Positions 40,866 through 51,666 of a stretch of 60,254 nt of DNA are shown piece by piece; the stretch's first letter is position 1; every line of letters begins with the position of its first letter. The stretch comes from a virus. Lineage: Duplodnaviria > Caudoviricetes. The notes beneath the pieces are model-generated. The model was given only the letters and a program-made list of their open reading frames with translations, had not been told where the DNA came from and searched no databases. Where the stretch lies: positions 1 through 60,254 of the IMG/VR virus record IMGVR_UViG_3300046170_000297. The stretch is one strand, 5' to 3'. Both the position numbers and the translations under genes were made by a program.

Positions 40866-41024
40866 CAATAGGAAGATCACAGATATCAAAACAAATAGAA
40901 GGTAAATTAAGTGGTGCGAGAGACGAGAAGAAAAAAAATAAAAAAGTTAAACTTGCTATCAAACGTAAGAAAAACCCACTAGCCAAGACATTTACTGCCT
41001 AGTCAAAAGATGTTATAATCTTGC

Positions 41025-41498
41025 ATGACTAAATTATGTGCAAGAGGCAAAGCCGCAGCCAAAAGAAAATTCAAAGTTTACCCCAGCGCATATGCAAATG
41101 CATACGCTTCAAAAATTTGTGCAGGTAAAGCAAAAGATCCATCAGGTTTAAAAAGAAAAGATTGGGGACCAAAGAAAGCTAATACAGGAGACTTAATGAC
41201 TAGAGATAAAAGAGATCCAAATAGAGTTCCAAACACTAAAATTTTTGATGTTATTGGAGATATTTTTAAAACTCCCTACTACATAAGAGGTGGAAAAAAA
41301 GAAGAAAAAAAAGAAAAAAAGAAAAATAAAAAACCATTAAAAAAACCAAAACAAAACATAGATGAGTTACCTAGAGGTTTACAGATAGATACTACTACAG
41401 ACAGTAGTGGTTCTGCGGCAAATAAAATGATGTGTGGAGGCGAGGTACGTGGAACGGGAGCAGCGATTAGAGGCAAAGGTTTCAAAGGTATATTTTAA
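41025..41498 (+). CDS. Basic hypothetical protein
   Basis: KFKVYPSAYAN; extended -10 TGTTATAAT just upstream. Confidence 0.7.
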   Translation: MTKLCARGKAAAKRKFKVYPSAYANAYASKICAGKAKDPSGLKRKDWGPKKANTGDLMTRDKRDPNRVPNTKIFDVIGDIFKTPYYIRGGKKEEKKEKKKNKKPLKKPKQNIDELPRGLQIDTTTDSSGSAANKMMCGGEVRGTGAAIRGKGFKGIF

Positions 41499-41767
41499 TG
41501 AGCCTAAAGAAATGGTTCAATGAAAAATGGGTTGATATAGGATCACCTAAAAAAGGGGGAGGATACAAAGAATGTGGAAGAAAATCTGCAAGTGGATCAA
41601 AAAGAAAGTACCCCAAATGCGTGCCTGCTGCAAAAGCCAACCGAATGACAGAATCAGAAAAGCGTTCTGCTGTTGCAAGGAAAAGACAAGCCGGTAATCC
41701 TGGAGGCAAACCAACTAACGTCAGCACCTTTACCAAGAGATACTATGGTGGTATGATAGACGTATAA
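41498..41767 (+). CDS. Basic conserved phage protein
   Basis: LKKWFNEKWVDI...CGR...YPKCVP. Confidence 0.7.
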   Translation: MSLKKWFNEKWVDIGSPKKGGGYKECGRKSASGSKRKYPKCVPAAKANRMTESEKRSAVARKRQAGNPGGKPTNVSTFTKRYYGGMIDV

Positions 41768-41784
41768 TATTTTAGGAGAAAATT

Positions 41785-42093
41785 ATGGCGTTAAAAGGTA
41801 AACAAAAAGAATTAGATAAAAATAAAGATGGTAAAATATCTGGTGAAGATTTTAAGATGATGAAAGCTAAAAAAGGCGTACTAGCCAAAGAAGACAAATA
41901 TGCAAAATATGTTAGAGAAATAAAAGAAGATAAAAACCCTAAGGGTATGAAAAGACTTTCAGATGAAGTAAAGAAAAAATCTATTGGTGGAGAATCAAGA
42001 GGTTTTGGTGCAGCTAGAACTTCTGGCATGGGTCTACAAGATGAAGAATTAATACCAGGAAAGTCTTTAGATTATTATAAAGACGTAATGTAA
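41785..42093 (+). CDS. Small protein with an EF-hand-like loop
   Basis: DKNKDGKISGEDF. Confidence 0.65.
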   Translation: MALKGKQKELDKNKDGKISGEDFKMMKAKKGVLAKEDKYAKYVREIKEDKNPKGMKRLSDEVKKKSIGGESRGFGAARTSGMGLQDEELIPGKSLDYYKDVM

Positions 42094-42099
42094 TGAATT

Positions 42100-42795
42100 A
42101 TGGCTACGTCAGGAACTACATCATTCGATCTTCAGATCGATGACATTATTGAAGAAGCATACGAACGATGTGGTATGCGGACTAATAGTGGGAATGACTT
42201 ACGTAGCGCAAGAAGAAGTTTAAATCTTTTATTTTCAGAATGGGGCAACAGAGGTATTCACCTTTGGAAAGTTAAATTAAATGAAAAAGCATTAGTTGCA
42301 GGAACTGCTACATACACTGTAGATACAGATGTAAACGATGTTCTTGAAGCATATATTTCTACAACAAACGCAGCAGGAAATACTTCATCAACAAATGATA
42401 TCTCATTAACAAAAATTGATAGATCAGCTTATGCTGCACTTCCAAATAAATTACAAACAGGACAACCATCACAGTATTATGTTGATAGACAAACAACACC
42501 AACCATAAGTTTATATTTAGCTCCTGATGCAACTACATATACAACATTAAAATTTTATACAATCAATAGAATTGAAGATGCAGGTGGTTTTACAAAAACA
42601 CCTGATGTTGCTTATAGATTTTTACCGTGTATGTGTTCTGGCCTTGCATATTATCTATCACAAAAAAGAGCACCAGACAGAATTCAATTATTAAAACAAT
42701 TATATGAAGATGAATTGATTAGAGCATTAAACGAAGATGGTTCAAGAACTTCGGTTTATATTTCTCCACAAACTTATTTTGGGAGTGGTTCTTAA
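42100..42795 (+). CDS. Head-tail adaptor / tail tubular protein
   Basis: SARRSLNLLFSEWGNRG and GLAYY motifs; position in the tail module. Confidence 0.65.
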   Translation: MATSGTTSFDLQIDDIIEEAYERCGMRTNSGNDLRSARRSLNLLFSEWGNRGIHLWKVKLNEKALVAGTATYTVDTDVNDVLEAYISTTNAAGNTSSTNDISLTKIDRSAYAALPNKLQTGQPSQYYVDRQTTPTISLYLAPDATTYTTLKFYTINRIEDAGGFTKTPDVAYRFLPCMCSGLAYYLSQKRAPDRIQLLKQLYEDELIRALNEDGSRTSVYISPQTYFGSGS

Positions 42796-43199
42796 TGAGT
42801 TACGCAACAGGAAAACATTCTAAAGCTATCTCCGATAGATCTGGACAAGCATTTCCATACAAAGAAATGGTTAAAGAGTGGACAGGTGCATTAGTTCATA
42901 TATCAGAGTATGAACCTAAACATCCACAACTAGATCCTCCTTATCATAAAGCAGATGCAGTAGCTTTACAAAATACAAGATCACAAAGATTTCAACAACC
43001 TACAACTGTTGCAGCTAACGATACAACTCTAGCTGATTCTGGTGGTATTACAGTTGGTGTAGCAAATTTGACTTTACCAGGACAATTTGGATTTTTAAAT
43101 AAAGGAACGTCATCGATGATTCCTGCAGATCCATCGTTACAAAATAGAAGAAGACAAGTATCTATGCAAATTAATTCAGTAACCGTGAGTATTACATAA
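42795..43199 (+). CDS. Virion-associated hypothetical protein
   Basis: ISDRSG...YEPKHPQL. Confidence 0.65.
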   Translation: MSYATGKHSKAISDRSGQAFPYKEMVKEWTGALVHISEYEPKHPQLDPPYHKADAVALQNTRSQRFQQPTTVAANDTTLADSGGITVGVANLTLPGQFGFLNKGTSSMIPADPSLQNRRRQVSMQINSVTVSIT

Positions 43200-43861
43200 T
43201 GGCTATATCATACTCAGATTTTTTAACACAAATAAGAAACTTCACTGAAGTAGATAGTAATGTATTAAGCGACACAATTATTGCACAGTTTATAAGAAAT
43301 GTAGAATTAAATGTAGCGGGAGCCGTGGACTATGATGATACAAGAAAATATGCAACTTCATCATTCACTGCAAGTAAAAGATATTTAGTTACACCTAATG
43401 ATTTTTTAATTATTAGATCTCTTCAAGTATTTAGCACTACTGATCAAACAGGAGATAGAACTTTTATGGAGAAAAGAGATACTAGTTTTATAACTGAATA
43501 TAATGGAAGTGGTACTACAGGATTACCGAAATATTATGCTAATTGGGATGATGCTTCAATTGTAGTAGCTCCTACTCCAGATCAAGCTTATGCAGTACAA
43601 CTTAATTATATTATTACACCACCGAGTTTTACCTCAACTAACACAACTTATTTATCTGAGTATCAACAAGGAATGCTTTTAGATGGTGTTTTAACAGAGG
43701 CTTATGGATTTTTAAAAGGGCCAATGGATATGTACAACCTTTACAAAAGTAAGTATAATGAAGGTGTACAGAATTTTGCTCTTCAACAAATGGGGAGAAG
43801 AAGACGATCAGAATACGATGATGGGGTACCTAGAGTTCAAGTACCTTCACCATCACCATAA
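43199..43861 (+). CDS. Tail tubular/adaptor protein
   Basis: GLPKYYA...VVAPTPD motif. Confidence 0.65.
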   Translation: MAISYSDFLTQIRNFTEVDSNVLSDTIIAQFIRNVELNVAGAVDYDDTRKYATSSFTASKRYLVTPNDFLIIRSLQVFSTTDQTGDRTFMEKRDTSFITEYNGSGTTGLPKYYANWDDASIVVAPTPDQAYAVQLNYIITPPSFTSTNTTYLSEYQQGMLLDGVLTEAYGFLKGPMDMYNLYKSKYNEGVQNFALQQMGRRRRSEYDDGVPRVQVPSPSP

Positions 43862-43881
43862 AAAATTAAAGGAGAACTATT

Positions 43882-44328
43882 ATGGCAATAACAACTAATG
43901 CAATTTGTAATTCATTTAAAAAAGAATTACTCCAAGGAAAACACGACTTTGATACATCATCAGATACATATAAATTAGCGATGTATACATCATCAGCAAC
44001 TTTAGGTGCTTCAACTGAAAACTACATAACTGCTAATGAAGTATCTGCTTCAGGGCAATATGCTGCTGGAGGTGGTACTTTAGTGAACCAAGGTGTTAAA
44101 GTCTCGTCTGGTGTAGCGATAACTGACTTTGCAGACTTATCATTTACTGGTGTAACTCTTACTGCAAGAGGTGCGCTAATCTATAATACAACGACTGACG
44201 GTGGCTCGAACACTACAGATGCTGTTTGTGTTTTAGATTTTGGTGGAGATAAAACAGCAACTTCAGGGACTTTTACAATTCAGTTTCCTGCTTTTACAAC
44301 ATCAGCTGCAATATTAAGATTAACGTAA
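43882..44328 (+). CDS. Tail structural protein
   Basis: SFKKELL...TARGALIYN...VLDFGGDK. Confidence 0.65.
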   Translation: MAITTNAICNSFKKELLQGKHDFDTSSDTYKLAMYTSSATLGASTENYITANEVSASGQYAAGGGTLVNQGVKVSSGVAITDFADLSFTGVTLTARGALIYNTTTDGGSNTTDAVCVLDFGGDKTATSGTFTIQFPAFTTSAAILRLT

Positions 44329-44340
44329 GGAGTAGTTTCA

Positions 44341-44799
44341 ATGGCACTTGTCGTTAACGATAGAGTTAAAGAGACAAGCACTACTACAGGACAAGGAACT
44401 TTAAACCTTGCGGGTGCTTCACAAGACTTTATTACATTTGTAGCAGGTATAGGTACAACCAATACTACTTACTATTGTATTGAAAATACTGGAACAGGTG
44501 AGTTTGAAGTTGGTATTGGTACAGTAACCGATGCCACTCCAGATACTTTATCAAGAGACACAGTCATAAGTAATTCAGCAGGGAATACATCTAAAATAGA
44601 TTTTGCAGCAGGAGAAAAAAACGTATTTTGTACAATGCCTGCTAAAAGAACTATTAGTCCAGTGATGACTGCCACGGGATTCGTGGTTACTCATGCATCG
44701 ACCCTAGACCAAGATCAAACAATGGATTCTGGAGTTCTTGCAGGCCCTGTCACAATAACTGGAACTATAACTGCAACAGGAACCTTGGTAATTATATAA
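44341..44799 (+). CDS. Tail fibre hub/structural protein
   Basis: DRVKETSTTTG and EFEVGIGT; directly precedes the fibre genes. Confidence 0.6.
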   Translation: MALVVNDRVKETSTTTGQGTLNLAGASQDFITFVAGIGTTNTTYYCIENTGTGEFEVGIGTVTDATPDTLSRDTVISNSAGNTSKIDFAAGEKNVFCTMPAKRTISPVMTATGFVVTHASTLDQDQTMDSGVLAGPVTITGTITATGTLVII

Positions 44800-47700
44800 T
44801 GAGTCAATTAGAAGTAGATAAAATAATCCCACAATCAGGCACCACTCTTACATTAGGAGATTCAGGTGATACGATTAGTTTTGCAAGTGGTGTACTTCCT
44901 AATTTGGAAAATCTTACAGTTACTGGTGATTTAACTGTTGACACTAATTCATTAAAAGTAGACAGCACTAATAATAGAGTTGGGATAGGGACAGCAACCC
45001 CTAGTGTTTCATTAGATGTGGTTGGAGCTATAACTGCATCAGGCAATATAACAGGTACCCTTGCTACAGCAGCCCAAACTAATATTACATCGTTAGGCAC
45101 CCTGACTAGTTTAACAGTGAATGGAAACTTATCAGTAGATGGCGGAACAATCAAACTAGATGGTAATTATCCAACAGGAACAAGTAATGTTGCATTAGGA
45201 AATACTGCACTAGATGATGGTAGTTTAAGTGGTGGTTACAACACTGCTATTGGCGATGGGTCTATGACAGCCAACACTTCTGGTCAAACTAATACATCTG
45301 TTGGTTTTGAGTCTATGTGTGCAAATACAACAGGAGCAAATAATGTTTCTATGGGTGTTTATGCACTTAGAAAAAATATATCAGGTGGTTCTAACACTGC
45401 AATCGGTTGTGCATCACTTCAAGAAAATACAACAGCTAGTAATAACACAGCAGTAGGTTTTGAATCTTTAAAAGCTAATACGACAGGTGCAGCAAACACA
45501 GCAGTAGGTTTTGATGCACTAAAAGCTAGTACAACATCAGCATATAACTCTGCTTTTGGTAGTTATGCTTTAGACGCTAATACGACAGGTTCAAAAAATG
45601 TTGGTATAGGTTTTAATGCAGCTGGTGGTAATACAACAGGTTCAGATAACGTAGCAGTTGGTCAAAATGCTTTAAGATGTAACACAACAGCAAGTAATAA
45701 TACATCAGTAGGAACTTGTGCATTGTTTGCTAACACAACAGGAACAAACAACGTAGCTATAGGTAATGTAGCTTTACAATCAAACACAACAGCTTCAAAT
45801 AATACTGCTGTTGGAAGAAACTCACAACCAGATACAACAACAGGAGATAGAAATACCTCTATGGGTTATGCTTCTATGTTCACAAATAGTACAGGTGGTT
45901 GTAATGTAGGTATTGGATATTATGCCTTAATGAAAAATACAACAGCTTCTAACAATACAGCTATTGGTAATGAGGCTTTAGCTTGTAACACAACAGGTTA
46001 CTGTAACACTGCGGTAGGTACTTGTGCTTTAGATACAAATACAACAGGAAGTAACAACACAGCAGTAGGTTCTGCTTCACTTCCTTCTAATACTACAGGT
46101 ATAGACAACACAGCACTTGGAAGAAATGCTCTACAGTCTAATACTACAGGTAGCTATAATACAGCACTTGGAAAAAATGCTCTAGATGATAATACTACAG
46201 CTAATAATAATACAGCAGTTGGTTATAGAGCGTTATTTATAAATTCAACAGGTGCAAATAATGTAGCTGTTGGCTGTGGTTCTTTAACAGATAATACAAT
46301 AGGCGACCAGAACACAGCAGTAGGTGGAACAGCTTTAGGAGATAATACTGAAGGAGAATACAATGCAGCTTTTGGTTATAATGCTTTAAGAAAAAATACT
46401 ACAGCAAATAATAATTCAGCATTTGGTTACTATGCTTTAGCTTGTAACACAACAGGTTCAGAAAATACAGCTGTTGGACAAAAAGCATTAGTAGCTAACA
46501 CAACAGGGTGTCAAAATACAGCTGTTGGATTATCTTCAATGTTCACTAACACAACAGGTTGTCAAAATGTTGCTATGGGAAGACAATCTTTACATAATAA
46601 TACTACAGGCGATTGTAATGTTGCTCTTGGTTATAATTCTTTATTTAATAATCAGACAGCAGATAATAATACAGCAGTTGGAACTCATGCTTTATTTGCT
46701 AATACTACAGCTTCTTGTAATACTGCTATAGGAAAAAATGCAATGGCTGCAACTACAACAGGGATGTAGAAATGTTGCGGTTGGTGCTGGTGCTTTAAAA
46801 ACAAATACTACAGGAGATGCTAATGTTGCAATAGGTAGAGAAGCATTAGGTGTAGCAACAACAGCAGATAATAATACTTCTGTTGGTTTTGATTCTTTAC
46901 AAGCAAATACAACAGGTGCTGCTAATACAGCTATTGGACTTAATTCTTTATTTTCTAACACAACTGGAGAATTAAATGTAGCAGTTGGAGCAAATGCTAT
47001 GGAAAGTAATACAACAGCTGGTGCTAATGTTGCAGTAGGTGTTTATGCTATGCGTTGTAATACAACAGGTGGTGATAACGTAGCTGTAGGTTATGCTTCT
47101 ATGTATAAAAATGAAGGTGCTGGAGTTAAAAACACTGCTGTAGGTTGTGTGTCTTTATGTTCTAACACAACTGGTGATGAAAACGTAGCAATAGGGACTT
47201 TAGCTTTAGCATCTAATACAACAGGTTCTACTAATACAGCAGTAGGTACTAATGCTTTGATTTGTAACACAACAGGTTCTGCTAATACAACAGTTGGAAA
47301 AGACGCATTAGGAAAACAAACAACAGGTGCAAACAATACATCTATTGGACAAGGTGCATTAAATTCTGTTACTTCAGGATTTGGTAATGTTGCAATTGGT
47401 AATGATTCAGGTGCGCAAGGTGCTATGATTGATATTACAGGCGAAGACAATAGAGCTGTTTTTGGTCACAATAGTATAACTAATGCTTATGTTAAAGTTG
47501 CTTTTACAGTAACATCAGACCAAAGAGATAAAACAAACTTAGGTACAGTTCCACATGGGTTAGATTTTGTTAATCAACTAAACCCTGTTTCATTTCAATT
47601 TAAAAAATCAAGAGATAATGATGCACCTCATGGAGATATGAGATATGGTTTTTTAGCACAAGATATACTTGCACTTGAAGGAGATAATCCTGTTATCATT

Positions 47701-47811
47701 GATAATGAATTTGAAGATGCTTTGAAATACAAAGGTGAACATTTGGTACCAGTATTAGTCAATGCAATCAAAGAATTAACAGCTAGAATAGAGGAATTAG
47801 AAAATGAGTAG
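44799..47811 (+). CDS. Tail fibre 1: 17-aa beta-roll repeats plus peptidase S74 chaperone (indel near 46760)
   Basis: NTAVGxxALxxNTTGxx repeats; C-terminal SDQRDK...GFLAQD...LVNAIKEL. Confidence 0.85.
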
Positions 47812-50278
47812 TATTATTAAAGTAGATACAATCCAGGACCAAGCAGGTAATAATATTATCAACGAATCAAGTGATACTATTACTATCGGTGCAGCCGGTG
47901 ATACGGTTAATATAGTTGGGACACTTCAAAATAATGGTTCAGCTATACCAGGAGACATTTCTTCAGTTGTAGCAGGAACAGGTTTATCGGGTGGTGGAAC
48001 ATCTGGAGATGTAACTTTAAATGTAGAAGCAGCACAATCAGGAATTACTTCTCTTGGAACTTTATCTAGTTTAACGGTTAATGGTAATGTTAGTGTAGAT
48101 GGTGGCACAATTAAACTAGATGGTAATTATCCAACAGGAACAGGTAATGTTGCTTTAGGAGATACTGCTTTAGATTCTTTAACTTCAGGTGGTGGTAATA
48201 CTGCTATTGGTGGAGAATCTTTAACTGCTAATACATCAGGGAGTGGAAACTCAGCTTTAGGATATAGAACATTTTGTGTTAACACTACAGGTGCAGATAA
48301 CACTGCAATGGGTAGACAAGCATTAAGAAATAATGAATCAGGAGATAATAATGTTGCAGTTGGTCGTAATGCAATGGAATCTAACACTACAGCAGACAAT
48401 AACACAGCAGTAGGTTTTGAATCTCTAAAAGCAAACACAACAGGTAATTCAAACACAGCAGTTGGAGTATCATCTTCACAAACAGGCACTACAGCCTCAG
48501 ACAACACATCTGTTGGTTTTTGTTCTTTATATTCTGTGACAACAGGAGGTGCTAATGTAGCATTAGGAACTTGTGCTTTAAAATCAAATACTACTGCAGT
48601 TCACAATGTAGCTGTTGGTAAAGATGCTTTAGAAGCTAATACGACAGGTGCAGAAAATACAGCAATAGGTAAAGATAGTTTAACAGCTAACACAACAGGA
48701 GCACAAAATACAGCAGTTGGACATAGTGCTTTAAAAACTAACACAACTTGTGGTAATTTAACAGCAGTTGGTTATGGAGCGCTTTGTGCAAATACAACAG
48801 GAACAAATGATACAGCAATGGGTCATGCTTCTTTAGATGCAAATACTTCTGGTTCTGACAATGTTGGATTTGGTACAAATACTTTAGGTGCAAATACATC
48901 AGGCGGTAATAATACAGCTATTGGTAGTTGTGCTTTACAAGCAAATACAACAGCTTCTGGTAATACAGCAGTTGGTCTTAGAACATTATTAGCTAACACA
49001 ACAGGTGCATCTAATGTAGCCGTAGGTTGTGGTGCTTTAGCTGCTAACACTACAGCATCAAGAGGAACTGCTGTTGGAAGATGTGCTTTAGCATCAAATA
49101 CTGATGGTGATGCAAATACTGCTGTAGGTGACCTTGCTATGGAAGATTGTACTACAGGAGATTTAAATACTGCTATAGGTACAGAATCATTAAAAAATTT
49201 AACAACAGGTTGTTACAATGTTGCTTTGGGTAGATCATCTGCAGAATCATTAACAACAGCTGATTATAATACAGCTATTGGTTATCAATCTTTAAGAGCT
49301 GGTACGACAGCTTGTCAAAACACAATGGTTGGTGCTTTCTCTGGTGATGAAATGACAACAGGTCGATATAATGTAGGTGTAGGAGTACATGCTATTGGTT
49401 CAACAACAGATGCTGAGGGAAATACTGGAGTTGGTTATAACGTTTTAGAAAATAATACAACAGGTGATAATAATACAGCAGTAGGTTCTTTTGCTTTAGA
49501 TTCAAACACTACTGCTGACGAAAATACAGCTGTTGGATATGTTGCTTTAAGTTCTAGTACAACAGCTGCAGAAAATACAGCAATCGGCAGAGGTGCTATG
49601 CAAGTAACCACAACAGGTGCTGTAAATACAGCAATAGGAAAAAATGCTTTAAATGAAAACACTACAGGTTCTTGTAATACCGCAGTGGGTAAAAATTCTT
49701 TGGGTGATAATACAACAGGTTGTATGAATACAGCTTTGGGTCAAGATTCTGGTGCTACGTTAACTACTGGTAAGGGAAATACCCTTATAGGAAGAGAAGC
49801 TGGTTATTACGTTACAGGTGGAGGAAATGTAGTTGTTGGTGGACCAAGCACTAACGGTGGTTATACACCTGCTTTCAATATAACAAGTGAAGATAACAGA
49901 GTAGTAATAGGAAATAGTTCTGTAACTAATGCTTATGTAAAAGTAGCTTGGACGGTTACATCAGATCAAAGAGATAAAACTAATTTTAATATAGTTCCAC
50001 ATGGTTTAGATTTTGTAGAAAAGCTAAAACCTGTTTCATTTCAATTTAAAAAATCAAGAGAAGATAATACCCCTGATGGTCCTAAACATTATGGATTTAA
50101 AGCACAAGATATTATGACTTTAGAGGGAGATAATCCTGTAATTATTGATAATGAACAACCAGAACATTTAAGATACAAGGGTGAACATTTAGTCCCTGTA
50201 TTAGTCAATGCAATACAAGAACTATCAGAAGAAAATAAAGACTTGAAATCTAGAATAGAAGCTTTAGAAAGTAACTAA
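47804..50278 (+). CDS. Tail fibre 2: 17-aa repeats plus S74 chaperone
   Basis: Same architecture; SDQRDK...GFKAQD. Confidence 0.88.
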   Translation: MSSIIKVDTIQDQAGNNIINESSDTITIGAAGDTVNIVGTLQNNGSAIPGDISSVVAGTGLSGGGTSGDVTLNVEAAQSGITSLGTLSSLTVNGNVSVDGGTIKLDGNYPTGTGNVALGDTALDSLTSGGGNTAIGGESLTANTSGSGNSALGYRTFCVNTTGADNTAMGRQALRNNESGDNNVAVGRNAMESNTTADNNTAVGFESLKANTTGNSNTAVGVSSSQTGTTASDNTSVGFCSLYSVTTGGANVALGTCALKSNTTAVHNVAVGKDALEANTTGAENTAIGKDSLTANTTGAQNTAVGHSALKTNTTCGNLTAVGYGALCANTTGTNDTAMGHASLDANTSGSDNVGFGTNTLGANTSGGNNTAIGSCALQANTTASGNTAVGLRTLLANTTGASNVAVGCGALAANTTASRGTAVGRCALASNTDGDANTAVGDLAMEDCTTGDLNTAIGTESLKNLTTGCYNVALGRSSAESLTTADYNTAIGYQSLRAGTTACQNTMVGAFSGDEMTTGRYNVGVGVHAIGSTTDAEGNTGVGYNVLENNTTGDNNTAVGSFALDSNTTADENTAVGYVALSSSTTAAENTAIGRGAMQVTTTGAVNTAIGKNALNENTTGSCNTAVGKNSLGDNTTGCMNTALGQDSGATLTTGKGNTLIGREAGYYVTGGGNVVVGGPSTNGGYTPAFNITSEDNRVVIGNSSVTNAYVKVAWTVTSDQRDKTNFNIVPHGLDFVEKLKPVSFQFKKSREDNTPDGPKHYGFKAQDIMTLEGDNPVIIDNEQPEHLRYKGEHLVPVLVNAIQELSEENKDLKSRIEALESN

Positions 50279-50297
50279 TTTAATCAAGAGGAATAAA

Positions 50298-51176
50298 ATG
50301 CTTAATACATATGTCGTTGAAGGCGGTGTTGGTAAATGTACCGCATTCACTGCTTTACTACCTAAATTAAAAAAGAAATCGGATATACAAATTTATACTC
50401 CATACATCGATTGCTTTGCAGGTAACCCTGATGTTAAACTTGCATTGGAGCAAACGCTACCCATACAAGATCCAAGAATAATGGCATCAGATAATATTTA
50501 TTACTGTGAGCCATATAAATCTAATTTTCAATTTGGTAAGCAACATATTATTGAAAGTTATTGTGAGCATCACGGTGTTGAATATGATAAATCTATGAGA
50601 CCAAAACTTTATACCGATCAACATAAAGCAGCTATTACTAAATGGTTAGGTGATAATAATATTGGTAAATATATTATGATTCAATTTAGTGGTGGTCAAG
50701 CTAAATGGAATTATGGAGAAAATGTTCAATATCAAAACATCAATCCTAATAGAAATTATCATCCTTTCTTGGCACAACAAGTAGTTAATATGTTACTGGA
50801 AGAATATAAAGATACAACTATTATCAATTGTGTATTACCAAATGAACCACATTATCAAGGCACAATCAGATGTGATTTACACTGGGCCCAGATCCATGAA
50901 ATGTTAAAAGGAGCGACAGGGTTTGTAAGTATTGATAGTTGTTTACAACATTTCTCAGCCTCAACAGGAACACCAGGGGTTGTGATTTGGGGATCAACTA
51001 GATGGACTCAATTCGGATATTCTCATAACAAAAACTTACATTTTCACATGGGAAATCGTTGGAATGAATCTAAGTATGTGGATAGCGACCCAAGAAATAA
51101 TATGGTAGAATCAACAAAAATTATAGATTGCTTTAAAAATCTAAAAAAATTACCAGTTGCATGTGCAACTGAATAA
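50298..51176 (+). CDS. GT9-like (heptosyltransferase-fold) glycosyltransferase
   Basis: N-terminal GGVGK, and FVSIDSCLQHFSA...PGVVIWGST resembling the GT9 DSG-x-x-H-x-A-A...P-x-x-x-x-FG motif. Confidence 0.7.
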   Translation: MLNTYVVEGGVGKCTAFTALLPKLKKKSDIQIYTPYIDCFAGNPDVKLALEQTLPIQDPRIMASDNIYYCEPYKSNFQFGKQHIIESYCEHHGVEYDKSMRPKLYTDQHKAAITKWLGDNNIGKYIMIQFSGGQAKWNYGENVQYQNINPNRNYHPFLAQQVVNMLLEEYKDTTIINCVLPNEPHYQGTIRCDLHWAQIHEMLKGATGFVSIDSCLQHFSASTGTPGVVIWGSTRWTQFGYSHNKNLHFHMGNRWNESKYVDSDPRNNMVESTKIIDCFKNLKKLPVACATE

Positions 51177-51190
51177 TAAGGAGGAAAACT

Positions 51191-51442
51191 ATGTCAGACG
51201 AAGCAAGAACAGCAGAACAATTAGCTCAAGACTATACAGCAATGGGTCACTCTGTAGATTTAATTAATGGTATCATTGATGGATCACAAATGGCAGATGA
51301 AAATGCTGAAGATAGACAGGGCGCTGTTGACAGAAATGTTGAACACTTAGAACTTATGGTTGCAAAATCAGATTGGGGAAGTGAAGACATGACTGCAGCA
51401 AATTCTGCGATCACGGCTGGTAAAGCATACACAGCTAGTTAA
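51191..51442 (+). CDS. Small acidic protein (fibre-associated?)
   Basis: GGAGG RBS; RNVEHLELMV. Confidence 0.6.
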   Translation: MSDEARTAEQLAQDYTAMGHSVDLINGIIDGSQMADENAEDRQGAVDRNVEHLELMVAKSDWGSEDMTAANSAITAGKAYTAS

Positions 51443-51450
51443 GGAGTACA

Positions 51451-51666
51451 ATGATAACTGTAAATGAAAAAAGTTATGACGAAACTAAACTTTCAAACGA
51501 AGGTAAAGCTGCGTTAGAAAACATTCAAGTATTAAACACAGAACAAAATCAGTTGAAGATAAAATTTCAACATAATGAGATTTTGTTAAAATACTACATG
51601 GATGTTTTGACTAAAAACTTACCTGAGGAAGAAAAAGAACAGAAGGTAAAGACTGAGAGTAAATGA
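51451..51666 (+). CDS. Small coiled-coil protein (fibre chaperone-like)
   Basis: AAGGAG RBS. Confidence 0.6.
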   Translation: MITVNEKSYDETKLSNEGKAALENIQVLNTEQNQLKIKFQHNEILLKYYMDVLTKNLPEEEKEQKVKTESK

